In this document: one piece after another, positions 1 through 10,262 of the stretch | Layout of the letters: every line of letters starts with the position of its first letter | How positions within the stretch are numbered: the first letter of the stretch is position 1 | NCBI GenBank assembly: GCA_963662655.2 | Contig: CAXXTU010000002.1 | Coordinates: forward strand, 3,456,001-3,520,000 | Direction of reading: 5' to 3' | Source: Candidatus Cloacimonadales bacterium | GTDB lineage: Bacteria > Cloacimonadota > Cloacimonadia > Cloacimonadales > JAIOQZ01 | DNA: 64,000 nucleotides | The notes under the pieces: model-generated | Seen by the model: the letters and a program-made list of their open reading frames with translations, nothing else | Databases searched by the model: none | What the model was told of the DNA's origin: nothing | Translations under genes and position numbers: made by a program

Positions 1-1014
1 AAAAAAGAGGGCGCCGAGGGTCAGAAAAAGCTGAATCAGTACACGCGCTACGTAACGGTTCTCATCGCTGCGTTCAACGCGATCACGATCAGCTTCTGGC
101 TTCAGAGCATGCAGAGTTCATCCGGCGCGGCTGCAGTGGCGAATCCCGGTCCCATGTTCATCTTCACCACGGTGGTGACACTTGTAACGGGAACGATATT
201 CATCATGTGGCTGGGTGAGCAAATTACAGAGCATGGTATTGGCAACGGAATTTCACTGATCATCTTTGCAGGCATCATCGCACGTTACCCGCAGGGTTTC
301 TTGCAGATGTTCAAGCTTGTACAGGTCGGATCTCTCAGCATATTCATGGCTGTACTGAACCTGATCATCATGGTTCTGGTAACGGCATCGGTTATTCTGG
401 TAACCGAAGCTATGCGCAAGATCCCCGTGCAGTACGCAAAGCGTGTTGTCGGTAGAAAAGTATACGGCGGCTCGAGCACGCACATTCCACTTCGCGTGAA
501 CACGGCCGGCGTTATTCCGATCATTTTCGCTCAGTCGATCATTATGTTCCCGAGAACGATCGCTATGTTCTTCCGGGAAAGTGATGCGATGATGACGCTT
601 ACCCGATGGCTCTCACCGGGCGCGTTCCTTTATACTGTTCTGTACGTTTCATTGATTATTTTCTTCGCGTATTTCTATACCGCGATCGTTATGAACCCAA
701 CCGAGATGGCCGACAATATGAAGCGATACGGTGGTTTCATCCCTGGACGAAAACCAGGTAAAAAAACTGCAGAATATATCAATAGCGTACTAACCCGAAT
801 TACCCTTCCGGGCGCGATATTCTTCGCGGCCATCGCCGTGATGCCCGAGTTTATGCAGAAGTTCACCAAGCTTCCGTTCTACTTTGGCGGCACGGGACTC
901 ATCATCATCGTGGGTGTTGCGCTGGATACGCTCCAGCAGATTGAATCCCACCTCGTGATGCGTCACTACGAAGGCTTCATGAAGAAGGGTAAATTACGGG
1001 GTCGCAGAGGATAA
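1..1014 (+). CDS. secY: Preprotein translocase subunit SecY (5' partial)
   Basis: Frame is open from base 1 (KKEGAEGQKKLNQYTRY...). SecY motifs WLGEQITEHGIGNGISLIIF, IPVQYAKR, AGVIPIIFA, GGFIPGRKPG and FYFGGTGLIIIVGV are present. Confidence 0.98.
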   Translation, partial: KKEGAEGQKKLNQYTRYVTVLIAAFNAITISFWLQSMQSSSGAAAVANPGPMFIFTTVVTLVTGTIFIMWLGEQITEHGIGNGISLIIFAGIIARYPQGFLQMFKLVQVGSLSIFMAVLNLIIMVLVTASVILVTEAMRKIPVQYAKRVVGRKVYGGSSTHIPLRVNTAGVIPIIFAQSIIMFPRTIAMFFRESDAMMTLTRWLSPGAFLYTVLYVSLIIFFAYFYTAIVMNPTEMADNMKRYGGFIPGRKPGKKTAEYINSVLTRITLPGAIFFAAIAVMPEFMQKFTKLPFYFGGTGLIIIVGVALDTLQQIESHLVMRHYEGFMKKGKLRGRRG

Positions 1015-1076
1015 TTGCTTTGCGATCTGAATTTCAAACTGATCTTTAATGTTTGAACGTAGTGAAAGGTAAGCCA

Positions 1077-1859
1077 ATGATCCATATCAAGGACGACAAA
1101 GCAATCGAGAAGATGAAGGCGAGCAACCACATCATCTCGCTGGTACTCGCGGAGATGAACAACCACGTTCGTCCGGGCGTGAGTACGCTTGAACTGGATC
1201 GTATCGCGGAGGAAATCATCCGCGACCATGGCGCGAAGCCGGCTTTCAAAGGTTACAGCGTCCCCGGCCTGCCACCGTTTCCGGGATCGATCTGCGCTTC
1301 GGTAAACGAAGCGATCGTCCACGGAATACCATCCTCGAAGATTGTCCTCAAAGAAGGTGACATCATCGGTGTGGATGTTGGTACCTTCAAGGATGGGTAT
1401 TTCGGAGATGGAGCAATGACCTACCCGGTCGGAGAGATATCGGACGCGGCAAAGCGTCTGATGCGGGTCACCAGAGAGTGCCTCTACCTGGGCATCGCCC
1501 AGGCACGCCCCGGGAACCGCATTGGCGATATTTCTCATGCGATTGGCAGCCATATTAAGGCAAACGGATATTACGCTGCTGAAAAACTCACGGGACATGG
1601 GATCGGCAAAGCTTTACACGAAGAACCCACCATCATGAATGTGGGTAGAAAGGGGTTCGGCACACGGATTCAGAAGGGAATGATCTTCGCGATCGAGCCG
1701 ATGGTCAACATCGGAACCTACCGCGTGCTGGATGATGGCTGGAACGTCTATGTGGCTGATAGAAGCTTATCGGCTCACTATGAACATACGATATTGGTGA
1801 CAGATAACGAACCGGAAATATTAACATTGCCGGATATGATACAAAAACAGGAAATTTGA
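1077..1859 (+). CDS. map: Type I methionine aminopeptidase
   Basis: Motifs [17 protein letters not shown]...DGYFGD, GHGIG, AIEPMV and SAHYEHT; follows secY. ATG 1077 is preceded by AAAGGT. Confidence 0.97.
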   Translation: MIHIKDDKAIEKMKASNHIISLVLAEMNNHVRPGVSTLELDRIAEEIIRDHGAKPAFKGYSVPGLPPFPGSICASVNEAIVHGIPSSKIVLKEGDIIGVDVGTFKDGYFGDGAMTYPVGEISDAAKRLMRVTRECLYLGIAQARPGNRIGDISHAIGSHIKANGYYAAEKLTGHGIGKALHEEPTIMNVGRKGFGTRIQKGMIFAIEPMVNIGTYRVLDDGWNVYVADRSLSAHYEHTILVTDNEPEILTLPDMIQKQEI

Positions 1860-1861
1860 GT

Positions 1862-2080
1862 ATGGCAAAAGCGGGTGTTATCGAGGTCGAAGGCGTTGTC
1901 AAGGAAGCGCTACCCAATACAACGTTTCGCGTTGAATTGGAAAACGGACATGAAATCCTGGCACACACTTCGGGTAAGATGAGAATGAACTATATCCGAA
2001 TCTTGCCGGGAGACAAGGTGAAGCTGGAACTGTCACCATACGACCTAACCCGGGGTCGGATCATCTACCGCTATAAATAG
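1862..2080 (+). CDS. infA: Translation initiation factor IF-1
   Basis: [23 protein letters not shown]...[17 protein letters not shown]...[10 protein letters not shown]. Confidence 0.98.
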   Translation: MAKAGVIEVEGVVKEALPNTTFRVELENGHEILAHTSGKMRMNYIRILPGDKVKLELSPYDLTRGRIIYRYK

Positions 2081-2100
2081 CTAAGTAAGAGGTTTATATC

Positions 2101-2217
2101 ATGAAGGTACGAGCATCCGTAAAGACGATCTGCAGAGACTGCAGGATCATCAAGCGCAGAGGCGTAATTAGAGTAATCTGCCCAAGTAATCCTAGGCATA
2201 AACAGAGACAAGGCTAA
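2101..2217 (+). CDS. rpmJ: 50S ribosomal protein L36 (zinc-binding type); below the ORF track cutoff
   Basis: Manual translation [38 protein letters not shown], with SD AGAGG upstream. Confidence 0.98.
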   Translation: MKVRASVKTICRDCRIIKRRGVIRVICPSNPRHKQRQG

Positions 2218-2232
2218 ACAAGGAGGAATCGG

Positions 2233-2604
2233 TTGGCACATATCGCTGGTGTTGAACTACCGAAAGACAAGCGGATCGTTATAGGGTTGACCTATATCTT
2301 TGGGATCGGCAGAACATCCGCTGAAAAGATCCTTGAAAGAGCGAACATTGACGAAAGTACACGCGTAAAGGATCTTTCTGCTGAAGAAGAAAAAATAATC
2401 AGGGACATCGTTACCAACGACTACGTAGTCGAAGGTGCACTTCGTACGCGAACAACGATGGATATCAAACGTTTAATGGAAATCGGTTCCTACCGCGGAC
2501 TTCGCCACAAAAGAGGCTTGCCCGTGCGCGGACAGCGTACATCTACCAATGCACGCACCCGCAAAGGCCCTAAGCCTGGCGGCATTAGCAGAAGGAAGAA
2601 ATAA
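2233..2604 (+). CDS. rpsM: 30S ribosomal protein S13
   Basis: [16 protein letters not shown] and [20 protein letters not shown] start after AGGAGG. Confidence 0.98.
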   Translation: MAHIAGVELPKDKRIVIGLTYIFGIGRTSAEKILERANIDESTRVKDLSAEEEKIIRDIVTNDYVVEGALRTRTTMDIKRLMEIGSYRGLRHKRGLPVRGQRTSTNARTRKGPKPGGISRRKK

Positions 2605-2615
2605 GGGGAACGGAT

Positions 2616-3011
2616 ATGGCAAAGAAAGCTGTTAAACGAGTTAAAAAGAAAAAAACACGTGTGGCGTACGACGAAGCTGTAGCACATATTCATTCCAGCT
2701 TCAATAACACGATCGTAACCATCGCTGACCGTGGTGGAAACGTCCTTGCATGGTCAAGCGGCGGAAAGATTGGTAATAAAGGCTCACGTAAGAGCACCCC
2801 GTATGCGGCACAGGTCGCGGCTGGCGAAGTCGCAAAGACCGTTGTCGATATGGGTATCTCGAAGGTGTCTGTAATTGTGAAAGGCCCCGGTGGCGGACGC
2901 GAATCCGCTATCCGTGCACTGAATGCTGCAGGGCTCTATGTGACGATGATCCGCGACGCGACTCCGATTCCGCACAACGGATGCAGACCACCCAAGCAGA
3001 GAAGAATTTAA
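2616..3011 (+). CDS. rpsK: 30S ribosomal protein S11
   Basis: [32 protein letters not shown]. Confidence 0.98.
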   Translation: MAKKAVKRVKKKKTRVAYDEAVAHIHSSFNNTIVTIADRGGNVLAWSSGGKIGNKGSRKSTPYAAQVAAGEVAKTVVDMGISKVSVIVKGPGGGRESAIRALNAAGLYVTMIRDATPIPHNGCRPPKQRRI

Positions 3012-3024
3012 CGGAGGCGAATGA

Positions 3025-3636
3025 ATGGCAAGATATACCGGACCGAAGGCGAAAATCTGCAGGAAATTCGGTGAGAATATATTCGAAAGCCCGAAATACG
3101 ACAAGATTCTTGAACGTCGTAAATACCCACCCGGACAACACGGACAGGGCTTCCGACGCAAAATGAGCGACTACGGGATTCATCTGAAAGAAAAACAGAA
3201 ACTCCGCTACATGTACGGCGTTCTGGAAAAACAGTTCCGTCGTTACTTCAAGAAAGCGGACCAGATGAAAGGCATCACTGGTGAAAACCTGCTTCAACTC
3301 CTGGAACGTCGGCTGGACAACACCCTCTTCAGAATGGGATTCGCAGTGACACGCCCCCAGGCGCGTCAGTTCGTGAACCACGGACACGTTATGGTGAACA
3401 ACCGTCGCGTGAACATCCCATCCTATCTTCTGAAGCCAGGCGATGTTGTTGAAATCCGCGATAAAAGCAAGAAAGTCGCTCCGATTCTCGAAGCTGTCGA
3501 GATCACATCAACCGCCTTCGAGTGGCTTGAAGTGGATAAAGAGCACCTTCGTGGCGAATTCAAAGCAATCCCATCCCGCGAACTGATTCCGGTGAATGTG
3601 GACGAACGTTTGATTGTGGAATTCTATTCCAAGTAA
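3025..3636 (+). CDS. rpsD: 30S ribosomal protein S4
   Basis: MARYTGP, PPGQHG, LERRLDN, ARQFVNHGH, IVEFYSK. Confidence 0.98.
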   Translation: MARYTGPKAKICRKFGENIFESPKYDKILERRKYPPGQHGQGFRRKMSDYGIHLKEKQKLRYMYGVLEKQFRRYFKKADQMKGITGENLLQLLERRLDNTLFRMGFAVTRPQARQFVNHGHVMVNNRRVNIPSYLLKPGDVVEIRDKSKKVAPILEAVEITSTAFEWLEVDKEHLRGEFKAIPSRELIPVNVDERLIVEFYSK

Positions 3637-3651
3637 ACCAGGAGAGTTTTT

Positions 3652-4674
3652 ATGATGCTTCTCGAACCCATACAAATGCCTGAGAAGGTAACTGTCGATG
3701 AAACGACGTATACGAATACTTATGGGAAATTCGAAATTGGACCGATGGAACCTGGTTTCGCGACTACGATCGGTAACACACTGCGTCGCGTTTTGCTCTC
3801 TTCGATTCAGGGAGCGGCGGTTCGCTATGTGAAGATCGAAGGACTTCATCACGAATTCGTTCCGATCCCCGGTACCAAGACTGATTACATCGACCTGATC
3901 CTTCGTCTCAAGAAACTGATCATCAGTACCGACACCGTTGGTGAAGAACGGATGGTACTCGATCACAAGGGAAAAGGTATCATTACCGCTGGCGAATTCA
4001 AGGCCGATAACCCGGACGTGAAAATCGTTAACGAAGACCTCGAACTTCTGGAAATGACCGAAGACGGTGAGTTCCACATGGAAGTCTGGGTCGGGACGGG
4101 TCGCGGCTATGTTCCGGCAGACGAGCACGATATGGATGATCGCCCGGTTGGCGTGATTCCGATTGACTCGATCTATTCACCGGTTCTCAAGGTGAATTAT
4201 CAGGCGGGTCATCAGCGGGTTGGTGAGAAGATCGATTATGATAAACTTACCATCGAAGTAACCACCGATGGCAGCATATCCCCCAAGGATGCGCTGTATC
4301 TCGCTGCGAAGATTCTCAAGGACTTCTACGACAAGATCGTCCTCTTCGAAGAAGAGCCCGAATACATCGAAGAAGTGGAAATGCCAGAGGAACTCGACCG
4401 CCTGGACAAGCTCCTGAACATGAGCGTCAAAGAGCTTGAACTCACCGTTCGTTCCAGCAATTGTCTGGCAGCAGCGAAGATCGAAACCATCGGAGAGCTT
4501 GTAGCAAAGAGCGAGAATGAGATGCTCAAGTATCGCAATTTCGGTAAGAAGTCTCTGGATGAAATTACCGCCTTGCTCATTAAATACGAGCTTTCGCTGG
4601 GTATGGATACCGATAAGATTTTGAACGAAATCGACGGTTGGAAGAAGAGAGTAACGAAAAGAAGGAAGGTTTAA
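3652..4674 (+). CDS. rpoA: RNA polymerase subunit alpha
   Basis: GFATTIGNTLRRVLLSSI, IDSIYSPV, ELELTVRSSNCL, NFGKKSLDEI. Confidence 0.98.
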   Translation: MMLLEPIQMPEKVTVDETTYTNTYGKFEIGPMEPGFATTIGNTLRRVLLSSIQGAAVRYVKIEGLHHEFVPIPGTKTDYIDLILRLKKLIISTDTVGEERMVLDHKGKGIITAGEFKADNPDVKIVNEDLELLEMTEDGEFHMEVWVGTGRGYVPADEHDMDDRPVGVIPIDSIYSPVLKVNYQAGHQRVGEKIDYDKLTIEVTTDGSISPKDALYLAAKILKDFYDKIVLFEEEPEYIEEVEMPEELDRLDKLLNMSVKELELTVRSSNCLAAAKIETIGELVAKSENEMLKYRNFGKKSLDEITALLIKYELSLGMDTDKILNEIDGWKKRVTKRRKV

Positions 4675-4675
4675 C

Positions 4676-5059
4676 ATGCGACATCGCGTAGAAGGCAGGA
4701 AATTCGGACGAGAGGCTGACCACAGGAAGGCCCTCTTGAACAACCTCGTTAAGGACCTTGTCCGTCACGAACGAATCGTGACCACGCATGCAAAAGCCAA
4801 AGAAGCACGCCGTCTGTTCGAACGGGTTGTAACCTATGGAAAGCGTGGTGAAGTACATCACCGCAGGCTTGCATTCAAGATTTTGGCAGATCGTTCACTC
4901 GTGAAAAAAGTATTTGACGAGCTGGCGCCGCGTTATGAGAATCGCAATGGCGGCTATACGAGAATCATGCAATGTGGAAGGCGCAGAGGCGACTGTGCTC
5001 CGATGGCGATCATCGAAGCGGTAGATCGCGTCGAGCTGGAAACCGAAGACAAGAAATAA
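4676..5059 (+). CDS. rplQ: 50S ribosomal protein L17
   Basis: MRHR, ITTHAKAKE-like segment, RNGGYTRI, RRGDCAPMA. Confidence 0.97.
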   Translation: MRHRVEGRKFGREADHRKALLNNLVKDLVRHERIVTTHAKAKEARRLFERVVTYGKRGEVHHRRLAFKILADRSLVKKVFDELAPRYENRNGGYTRIMQCGRRRGDCAPMAIIEAVDRVELETEDKK

Positions 5060-5073
5060 ATGAGTAATACATG

Positions 5074-5101
5074 AAGGCTGCTTCGCGCAGCCTTTTTTTT
5101 T
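5074..5101 (+). terminator. Rho-independent terminator of the alpha operon
   Basis: AAGGCTGC-TTCGC-GCAGCCTT hairpin followed by a T-run, 14 nt after the rplQ stop. Confidence 0.9.
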
Positions 5102-5217
5102 GCCCTGATCTCTGTGGTAGCAATTGCTAAATGTATCATGGTGATAGAATAAAAGACTCACTTTCAAACTGAGTGTGTAAGCATCCACCGAAAGGTTTTA
5201 CCTGAGTTTCCTTTCTA

Positions 5218-5244
5218 TGTCATCCTGAGCGGAGTCGAAGGATG
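5218..5244. repeat. REP-like short palindrome TGTCATCCTGAGCGGAGTCGAAGGATG (single copy here)
   Basis: CATCCT...AGGATG stem. It resembles the widespread intergenic repeat whose reverse strand translates as FDSAQDD (recognised from memory, not searched). Confidence 0.55.
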
Positions 5245-5372
5245 GATTCATCATTGAATGCCCTCGACTTTTTAAGGAATCCGTGTATTGATTAGCAAAA
5301 CACACAGCATCAGGGTGACAGGAAGGACAGAGGATACATTCACCCACCCAGTTTGAATGAGAGCCGAAATGA

Positions 5373-6722
5373 ATGGAGCAGCGAATGGAATTGAATCTCA
5401 CATACGACATTGTTAGTGAACTGATCGAGAATAAGGACATCGCTGCTTTACGTCAACTCTTAGACGATAGCCACCCTGCTGACATCGCTATTATCGTGAA
5501 CGACCTCCCGGAAGAGTTCCAGATATTCGCGTTCACGGCGATGAACGATGAGACCGCATCGGAGGTTCTAGCGGAAATGCACGAAGAGGTACGAGAGAAC
5601 ATCCTCGAGCATTTCAACCAGGAGCGGCTGGTTCGCATCATCGACGGAATGGATACCGACGAGGCGGCGGACATCATCTCCGACCTCGACGACGACGTCT
5701 CCAGGCACATCCTCGAACACATCGATCAGGAAGATTCCGAGAACCTCAAGCGGTTGCTCACGTATGAAGAGGATACGGCCGGCGGATTGATGCAGACCGA
5801 GATCATCGCCGTGCAAGGCGATATGCATCGTGACGAGTTGATCGAGATGATCCGCGCGAATGTGGAGGAGGTTGAGAACATTCACTACGTGTTCGTCGTG
5901 GATTCCGACAACCGTTTGATTGGCGGCCTGGACCTCGTGCAGCTTCTTCTTTGCCCACCGAACCGACAGGCGAAGGACCTCATGGCAGACGACGTTATCA
6001 GTACGCACGTGGACACGGATCAGGAAGAGGTGGCGAGCCTTTTCAGGAAGTACGATATCTACGCACTGCCTGTTATCGATGACGACGGACACCTGTTGGG
6101 GCGCATTACGGTTGACGACATCATCGATGTTATCGACGAAGAGGCCTCTGAAGACGCCTACAGGATGGTGGGTTTGGAAAGCGAGGACAAGGTGTTCACC
6201 GCGCCGTTGAATTCCGTCATCAAGCGTTTGCCCTGGCTGGTTCTGAATCTTTTCACCGCGCTGCTTGTGTCGAGCGTTGTCGGTATCTTTGAGAAAACCA
6301 TCTCCCAGCTCTCGGTGCTTGCCGTGCTGATGCCAATTGTGGCGGGATTGGGCGGTAACTCCGGTACGCAAACGCTGACCGTTATCACGCGTGGTATCGC
6401 GCTGGGTGAACTCACCATTCATAACACATGGAAGGCGCTTTTCAAGGAGATTTCCGTGGGAACAATCAACGGATTCATCATCGGGGCCTTTGCCATGGGC
6501 ATAGCCACGGTTCTGAAAGGCAACTACATGCTCGGCGCGGTTCTGGGGATTTCCATGGTGTGCAACATGTTCATCGCGGCCCTGTGTGGATCTCTGGTTC
6601 CGATCGTGATGAAGATGCTGAAAATCGATCCTGCGCTGGCATCGAGCGTCATAATCACCATGCTGACCGACATCGGCGGATTCGCCTCGTTCCTTGGGCT
6701 CGCATCCATTTTTCTCGTGTAA
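5373..6722 (+). CDS. mgtE: Magnesium transporter MgtE
   Basis: N-domain HPADIA, CBS pair (TAGGLM; LPVIDDDGHLLGRITVDD), and TM region RLPWL, MPIVAGLGGNSGTQT, DPALAS. Confidence 0.96.
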   Translation: MEQRMELNLTYDIVSELIENKDIAALRQLLDDSHPADIAIIVNDLPEEFQIFAFTAMNDETASEVLAEMHEEVRENILEHFNQERLVRIIDGMDTDEAADIISDLDDDVSRHILEHIDQEDSENLKRLLTYEEDTAGGLMQTEIIAVQGDMHRDELIEMIRANVEEVENIHYVFVVDSDNRLIGGLDLVQLLLCPPNRQAKDLMADDVISTHVDTDQEEVASLFRKYDIYALPVIDDDGHLLGRITVDDIIDVIDEEASEDAYRMVGLESEDKVFTAPLNSVIKRLPWLVLNLFTALLVSSVVGIFEKTISQLSVLAVLMPIVAGLGGNSGTQTLTVITRGIALGELTIHNTWKALFKEISVGTINGFIIGAFAMGIATVLKGNYMLGAVLGISMVCNMFIAALCGSLVPIVMKMLKIDPALASSVIITMLTDIGGFASFLGLASIFLV

Positions 6723-6808
6723 GCGCTCGAAGAAAAAAAGAATTTATCGTAACCTCAATAGATTGATCGAAATACGTAAACAGGCGATTCCCTGTAAAAC
6801 AAAAATGA

Positions 6809-6836
6809 TTGACATCCAGTAAAATGTTTCTATGAT
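6809..6836 (+). promoter_or_regulatory. Sigma70-type promoter TTGACA-N16-TATGAT
   Basis: Perfect -35 box and 5/6 -10 box, 7 nt upstream of ATG 6844. Confidence 0.6.
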
Positions 6837-6843
6837 TAATAGC

Positions 6844-7230
6844 ATGAAAGACTTCAGAAAAATACTCATTGTCGATGATGAAGAGCTGATGCGCATGATG
6901 CTTGAAAACTTCTTCAAGAATCACGGATTCTCCGTATACACGACATCAGGCTCCGATGGTGTGCTCGATTTGATCGAATCCGAGTCCATCCGCATCATCA
7001 TTGTCGATCTGAAGCTTCTGCGGGAGAGCGGCCTGGATTTGGGCACGAAGATCATGAAGAAATTTCCCTCGACGGTGAGGATTGCGATGACGGGCTATCC
7101 GTCGGCGTATGAACTGAGGGAATCCCGCGAGTCCGGTTTTGACGACTATTTCCGCAAGCCTCTCAATCTCGAATTACTTCTCCAGAAAATCGAAAGCGCC
7201 GTTGTCCAGTTGCACCGCTGGAACTCGTAG
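6844..7230 (+). CDS. Single-domain response regulator (receiver)
   Basis: ILIVDDEE, phospho-acceptor in IIVDLKL, MTGY, FRKP. Start is 6844 or 6832. Confidence 0.9.
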   Translation: MKDFRKILIVDDEELMRMMLENFFKNHGFSVYTTSGSDGVLDLIESESIRIIIVDLKLLRESGLDLGTKIMKKFPSTVRIAMTGYPSAYELRESRESGFDDYFRKPLNLELLLQKIESAVVQLHRWNS

Positions 7231-7232
7231 CA

Positions 7233-7481
7233 TCAATTCCTTTCCAGATAATCCTCAATTTCTGAAAGCGCATGCTCCATCTCGGTAATGTAATCCGGGG
7301 GAATATCGAGCTGCAAGAACTGCTTTTTGCCTTCGAAAACGGTTGTATAAATGCAGTAGCCTTCCATGGATTCGAGGATGAATCCCACCGTTGCGAACCA
7401 GTGCGGTTCGATGTCGAGGACCCAGCGCTGGGATCCATCCTCCAGGGTAGTCTTATCGATAATGGGAAATTTGAGAATCAT
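7233..7481 (-). CDS. Small protein, DUF4911-like
   Basis: FILESMEGYCIYTT resembles the DUF4911 signature; ATGA-coupled to the lon stop. Confidence 0.65.
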   Translation of the reverse strand: MILKFPIIDKTTLEDGSQRWVLDIEPHWFATVGFILESMEGYCIYTTVFEGKKQFLQLDIPPDYITEMEHALSEIEDYLERN

Positions 7482-9826
7482 TTCTTGATCAGTGCAAGAT
7501 CGAGCACTTCTTTGAGGCTGTCCACGAAGTGAATCTTCATCCCCTCGAGCACTTCCGGCTTGATTTCGCTAACGTGCGGTTCGTTCTTCCGGGGGACAAT
7601 CACCCGGTTGATACCGGCCTGGCGCGCGGCAATCAGCTTCTCCTCGAGTCCTCCAATGGGGAGAACCTTGCCCGAGAGGGTAATCTCGCCGGTCATCGCA
7701 AGGTTGCAGTCGACCTCGATACCCGAGAGAGCGGATACGATCGCCGTGGTCATCGTGATTCCCGCAGAGGGGCCATCCTTTGGAATTGCGCCCTCGGGGA
7801 TGTGAAGATGAAGATCGCACTTTTTATGACATTCCGGATCGATTCCATATTCATCGGAGTGCAGTCTTGCATAGCTCAGCGCTGCCTGCGCGGATTCCTT
7901 CATCACATCGCCCAGTTTACCAGTCAGGATCACTTTACCTTCGCCGGGCATCTTGATGACTTCGATCTGGAGGATTTCTCCTCCGGCGGCCGTCCAGGCG
8001 AGTCCCGTCACGATTCCGACTTGGGGTTTCTTGTCGATCTCGGGATAGAGGTACTTGGGGACGCCCAGCCAGTTCGTCAGGCTTCCGGGCTTGATGATGT
8101 ATTTACTTTTCTTGCGAGTTTCCAGGTAGCTGCGCACGACCTTCCGTATGACGGTTGCAATCTTCCTCTCGAGGCTTCTGACGCCTGCCTCGCGCGTGTA
8201 ATTCTCGATGATGCCCGTCAGCGTCTTCCTCTCGAAGCGGATGTCAAAGTGATTCTCCAGGTTGTGTTCTGCAATCTGCTTGGGTACCAGATGCTTTTCC
8301 GCGATATTGTACTTTTCGATCGACGTGTAGCCGGGAAGATGAATAATCTCCATACGATCCATCAGCGGTTTCGGGATCGGGCCCAACTGATTCGCCGTAG
8401 TGATGAAAAGCACCTTCGAGAGGTCGTAGCCGAAATCGAGATAGTGGTCACGGAACTCGTGGTTCTGCTCGGCGTCGAGGACCTCCAGTAGAGCGGCGGA
8501 GGGGTCTCCACGGAAATCCACGCTCATCTTGTCCACCTCGTCCATCATGATGAGTGGATTCATGGTGCCGGCCTTCTTCATGCTCTGGATGATAACGCCG
8601 GGAAGCGCTCCGATGTAGGTTCTGCGGTGGCCGCGGATCTCGGCTTCGTCTCTTACGCCGCCCAGTGACAGGCGGACGAACTTGCGATCCAGCGCGCGCG
8701 CGATGGATTTACCCAGCGATGTCTTGCCGACTCCCGGAGGGCCGACGAAGCACAGGATTTGTCCCTTGGAGGCCCCCGCGAGCTTGATAACCGCGAGATA
8801 CTCCAGGATACGTTCCTTGATTTTATCCAGGCCGTAGTGGTCCTCGTCGAGGATTCTACGCGCATTGGCGAGATCGATCTTCGCTTGCTCCGGCTTCTTC
8901 CACGGGAGGTCGAAAATCCAGGAGAGATAGTGGTAAACCACCGAGTATTCCTGCGCGTGGTGGGTGAGACGCGAGAGTCGCTTGATCTCTTCCTGCGCAC
9001 GTTTCCCGGCTTCTTCGTTGAGGGGTGTTTCCTCGAGAAGCTGGCGGAAGCGGATCAGGTCTTCCTGTTCCTCTTCGGATATTCCGAGTTCCTTGTGGAT
9101 GATCTTGAGTTGCTCGTGCAGGTAGTACTCGCGCTGGAGTTTGCCCAGCTTGCCCTTGACTTTGATATCAATGTTCTTCTCGAGCTTGAGAATCTCGATT
9201 TCGTTAACCAATAGCTCGTGGAGCTCGGATACCGCCTGATGAAAATCATCCAGCTCGAATAGCCGCTGTTTGGACTTCAGATCCTTGTCCAGATTGGTGA
9301 GCACAAAGTAGAAGAACTCCTCCGGCTTGTCGATCTCGTTGAGCGGGATCAGCGATTCCTCGGGAATGGTCCTCGAAAGATGTACGTACTCCTCGAAGGA
9401 TTTCTTCAACGAGCGGATCAGCGCTTCCATCTCGTGATCGATTCCGCTCAGGAAGAATCCTGCCGGTAGCACCTGAGCTTTCAGCATCTTCTTCGTGCGC
9501 TTGAATCGCTCAACCTGAATGCGTTCCTTACCTTCGATCAACGCCCTCACATTGCCGTCGGGCATGCGGAAAATCTGCAACACGTTGCAAATGGTTCCAT
9601 AGCGGTTCAGATCCTTGGCGGACGGATCGTCCTCATTCTGCAGGTTCGCTTTCTGCGTAACGCATACAACGGTTTTATCTCCGAGATACGCTGTCTCTAG
9701 AGCGTCCAGGGAAGCTGCCCTTCCCACCAGAATGGGCGATATGACATAGGGAACCATCAGCGCGTTGCGCAGTGGTATTACGGGGTATTCGATCGATGTA
9801 TCCTTGCCGCTTATGATTCTCGGCAT
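7478..9826 (-). CDS. lon: ATP-dependent protease La (Lon)
   Basis: LON N-domain, Walker A GPPGVGKTS, RGHRRTYIGALPG, catalytic PKDGPSAG. Confidence 0.98.
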   Translation of the reverse strand: MPRIISGKDTSIEYPVIPLRNALMVPYVISPILVGRAASLDALETAYLGDKTVVCVTQKANLQNEDDPSAKDLNRYGTICNVLQIFRMPDGNVRALIEGKERIQVERFKRTKKMLKAQVLPAGFFLSGIDHEMEALIRSLKKSFEEYVHLSRTIPEESLIPLNEIDKPEEFFYFVLTNLDKDLKSKQRLFELDDFHQAVSELHELLVNEIEILKLEKNIDIKVKGKLGKLQREYYLHEQLKIIHKELGISEEEQEDLIRFRQLLEETPLNEEAGKRAQEEIKRLSRLTHHAQEYSVVYHYLSWIFDLPWKKPEQAKIDLANARRILDEDHYGLDKIKERILEYLAVIKLAGASKGQILCFVGPPGVGKTSLGKSIARALDRKFVRLSLGGVRDEAEIRGHRRTYIGALPGVIIQSMKKAGTMNPLIMMDEVDKMSVDFRGDPSAALLEVLDAEQNHEFRDHYLDFGYDLSKVLFITTANQLGPIPKPLMDRMEIIHLPGYTSIEKYNIAEKHLVPKQIAEHNLENHFDIRFERKTLTGIIENYTREAGVRSLERKIATVIRKVVRSYLETRKKSKYIIKPGSLTNWLGVPKYLYPEIDKKPQVGIVTGLAWTAAGGEILQIEVIKMPGEGKVILTGKLGDVMKESAQAALSYARLHSDEYGIDPECHKKCDLHLHIPEGAIPKDGPSAGITMTTAIVSALSGIEVDCNLAMTGEITLSGKVLPIGGLEEKLIAARQAGINRVIVPRKNEPHVSEIKPEVLEGMKIHFVDSLKEVLDLALIKK

Positions 9827-9850
9827 GTATCCTCCATAAAATAATGATCT

Positions 9851-10207
9851 CTATTCCAACGTCTCCAGAATCTTTTCGGCGTTGTTATCGAGTCCGGAAA
9901 TCTTCTTCTTTCTCATATCCACTTGGAATGTGAGTTCGCTTTGCTCGATCTCTTCGACAACGATTTTCACCGTTACCTTGAAGACATCCTTACCCTTGTG
10001 CTCCACGACCCACTCGAGGTCGGAGTCTTCGCCCATAGGGGTCATCATTTCCAGCTCTTTGTTCAGCGCTTTTCCCAAAGTGCGATAACCTTCGGAGTAT
10101 GATTCCGCGTACTCGATGACCTCGGTGTAGTTATACTTGGACAGTTCGCATGCTGCTATGAACATCATGATGATTGCAGTAAGTAAGATAAACGAAAATT
10201 GTTTCAT
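9851..10207 (-). CDS. Hypothetical lipoprotein
   Basis: Signal peptide with lipobox IAAC; SD GGGAGG upstream. Confidence 0.75.
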   Translation of the reverse strand: MKQFSFILLTAIIMMFIAACELSKYNYTEVIEYAESYSEGYRTLGKALNKELEMMTPMGEDSDLEWVVEHKGKDVFKVTVKIVVEEIEQSELTFQVDMRKKKISGLDNNAEKILETLE

Positions 10208-10262
10208 TCTGATCCTCCCTGAAAGATTCTTTAACTCATTTGAGTCCGAATAGAAGATGGCG

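Noticed and set aside
1015..1076. Missing adk between secY and map as a deletion
   Set aside because: Direct secY-map-infA order is common in FCB-group bacteria, and no remnant is visible.
5102..5372. Canonical M-box (ykoK) riboswitch upstream of mgtE
   Set aside because: The conserved GTTAGGTGAGGCTCC and CTGCCC...GGGTCAAC motifs are absent.
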